This document shows positions 63,715 to 64,000 of a stretch of 64,000 nucleotides of DNA, one piece after another. The position numbers and the translations under genes were made by a program. Every line of letters begins with the position of its first letter. Position 1 is the first letter of the stretch. This stretch comes from Octopus vulgaris. Its lineage: Eukaryota. The notes below the pieces were generated by a model. The model was given only the letters and a program-made list of their open reading frames with translations. It searched no databases and was not told the origin of the DNA. The stretch spans positions 48,918,001 to 48,982,000 of the forward strand of contig OX597822.1 of the NCBI GenBank assembly GCA_951406725.2, written 5' to 3'.

Positions 63715-64000
63715 TTACTCTTTTTACTTGTTTCAGTCATTTGACTGCGGCTATGCTGAAGCACCGCCTTTAGTTGAGCAAATTGACCCTGGGACTTATT
63801 CTTTGTAAGCCCAGTACTTATTCTATCGGTCTCTTTTGCTGAACCGCTAAGTGACGGGGATATAAACACACCGGCATCGGTTGTCAAGCCATGCTAGAGG
63901 GACAAACACAGACACACAAACATATACACACACATACATATATATACATATATACGATAGGCTTCTTTCAGTTTCCATCTATCAAATCCACTCACAAGAC
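63715..64000 (-). mobile_element. tRNA-derived SINE (25599 family), truncated by window end
   Basis: Reverse-complement match. Confidence 0.88.

Overview
AT-rich, repeat-dense animal genomic DNA, most likely an octopus (inferred from the tRNA-headed SINE families, RTE-type tails and abundant (TA)n/(TATC)n tracts; not confirmed by search). It contains two host genes in head-to-head orientation. The first is an intronless VMA21 (V-ATPase assembly factor; minus strand, 5495-5800). The second is a large multi-exon NAGLU (lysosomal alpha-N-acetylglucosaminidase, GH89; plus strand). I reconstructed NAGLU by hand from 16 phase-consistent GT-AG exons (8264-53049, 536 codons); it continues past the window end, and the ORF track misses nearly all of it. 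Its introns are filled with decayed Gypsy LTR elements, RTE/Tx1/CR1/R4-type LINEs, a mariner, Helitron-like and GG-terminal MITEs, SINEs and microsatellites. Main signals: (1) a second, diverged but intact copy of NAGLU exon 16 (56557-56649), suggesting mutually exclusive splicing of a basic versus a neutral loop; (2) between the two copies, a 69-bp hairpin made of two inverted minimal hammerhead-ribozyme-like motifs; (3) a 191-bp, ~96% identical inverted repeat in intron 1 that loops out a candidate 38-nt poison exon; (4) Gly in place of the conserved Asp next to the first catalytic Glu; (5) several distinct 8-9-bp-TSD MITEs that each carry internal (CCCTAA)n repeats. All alignments were made by eye, and repeat boundaries are approximate.
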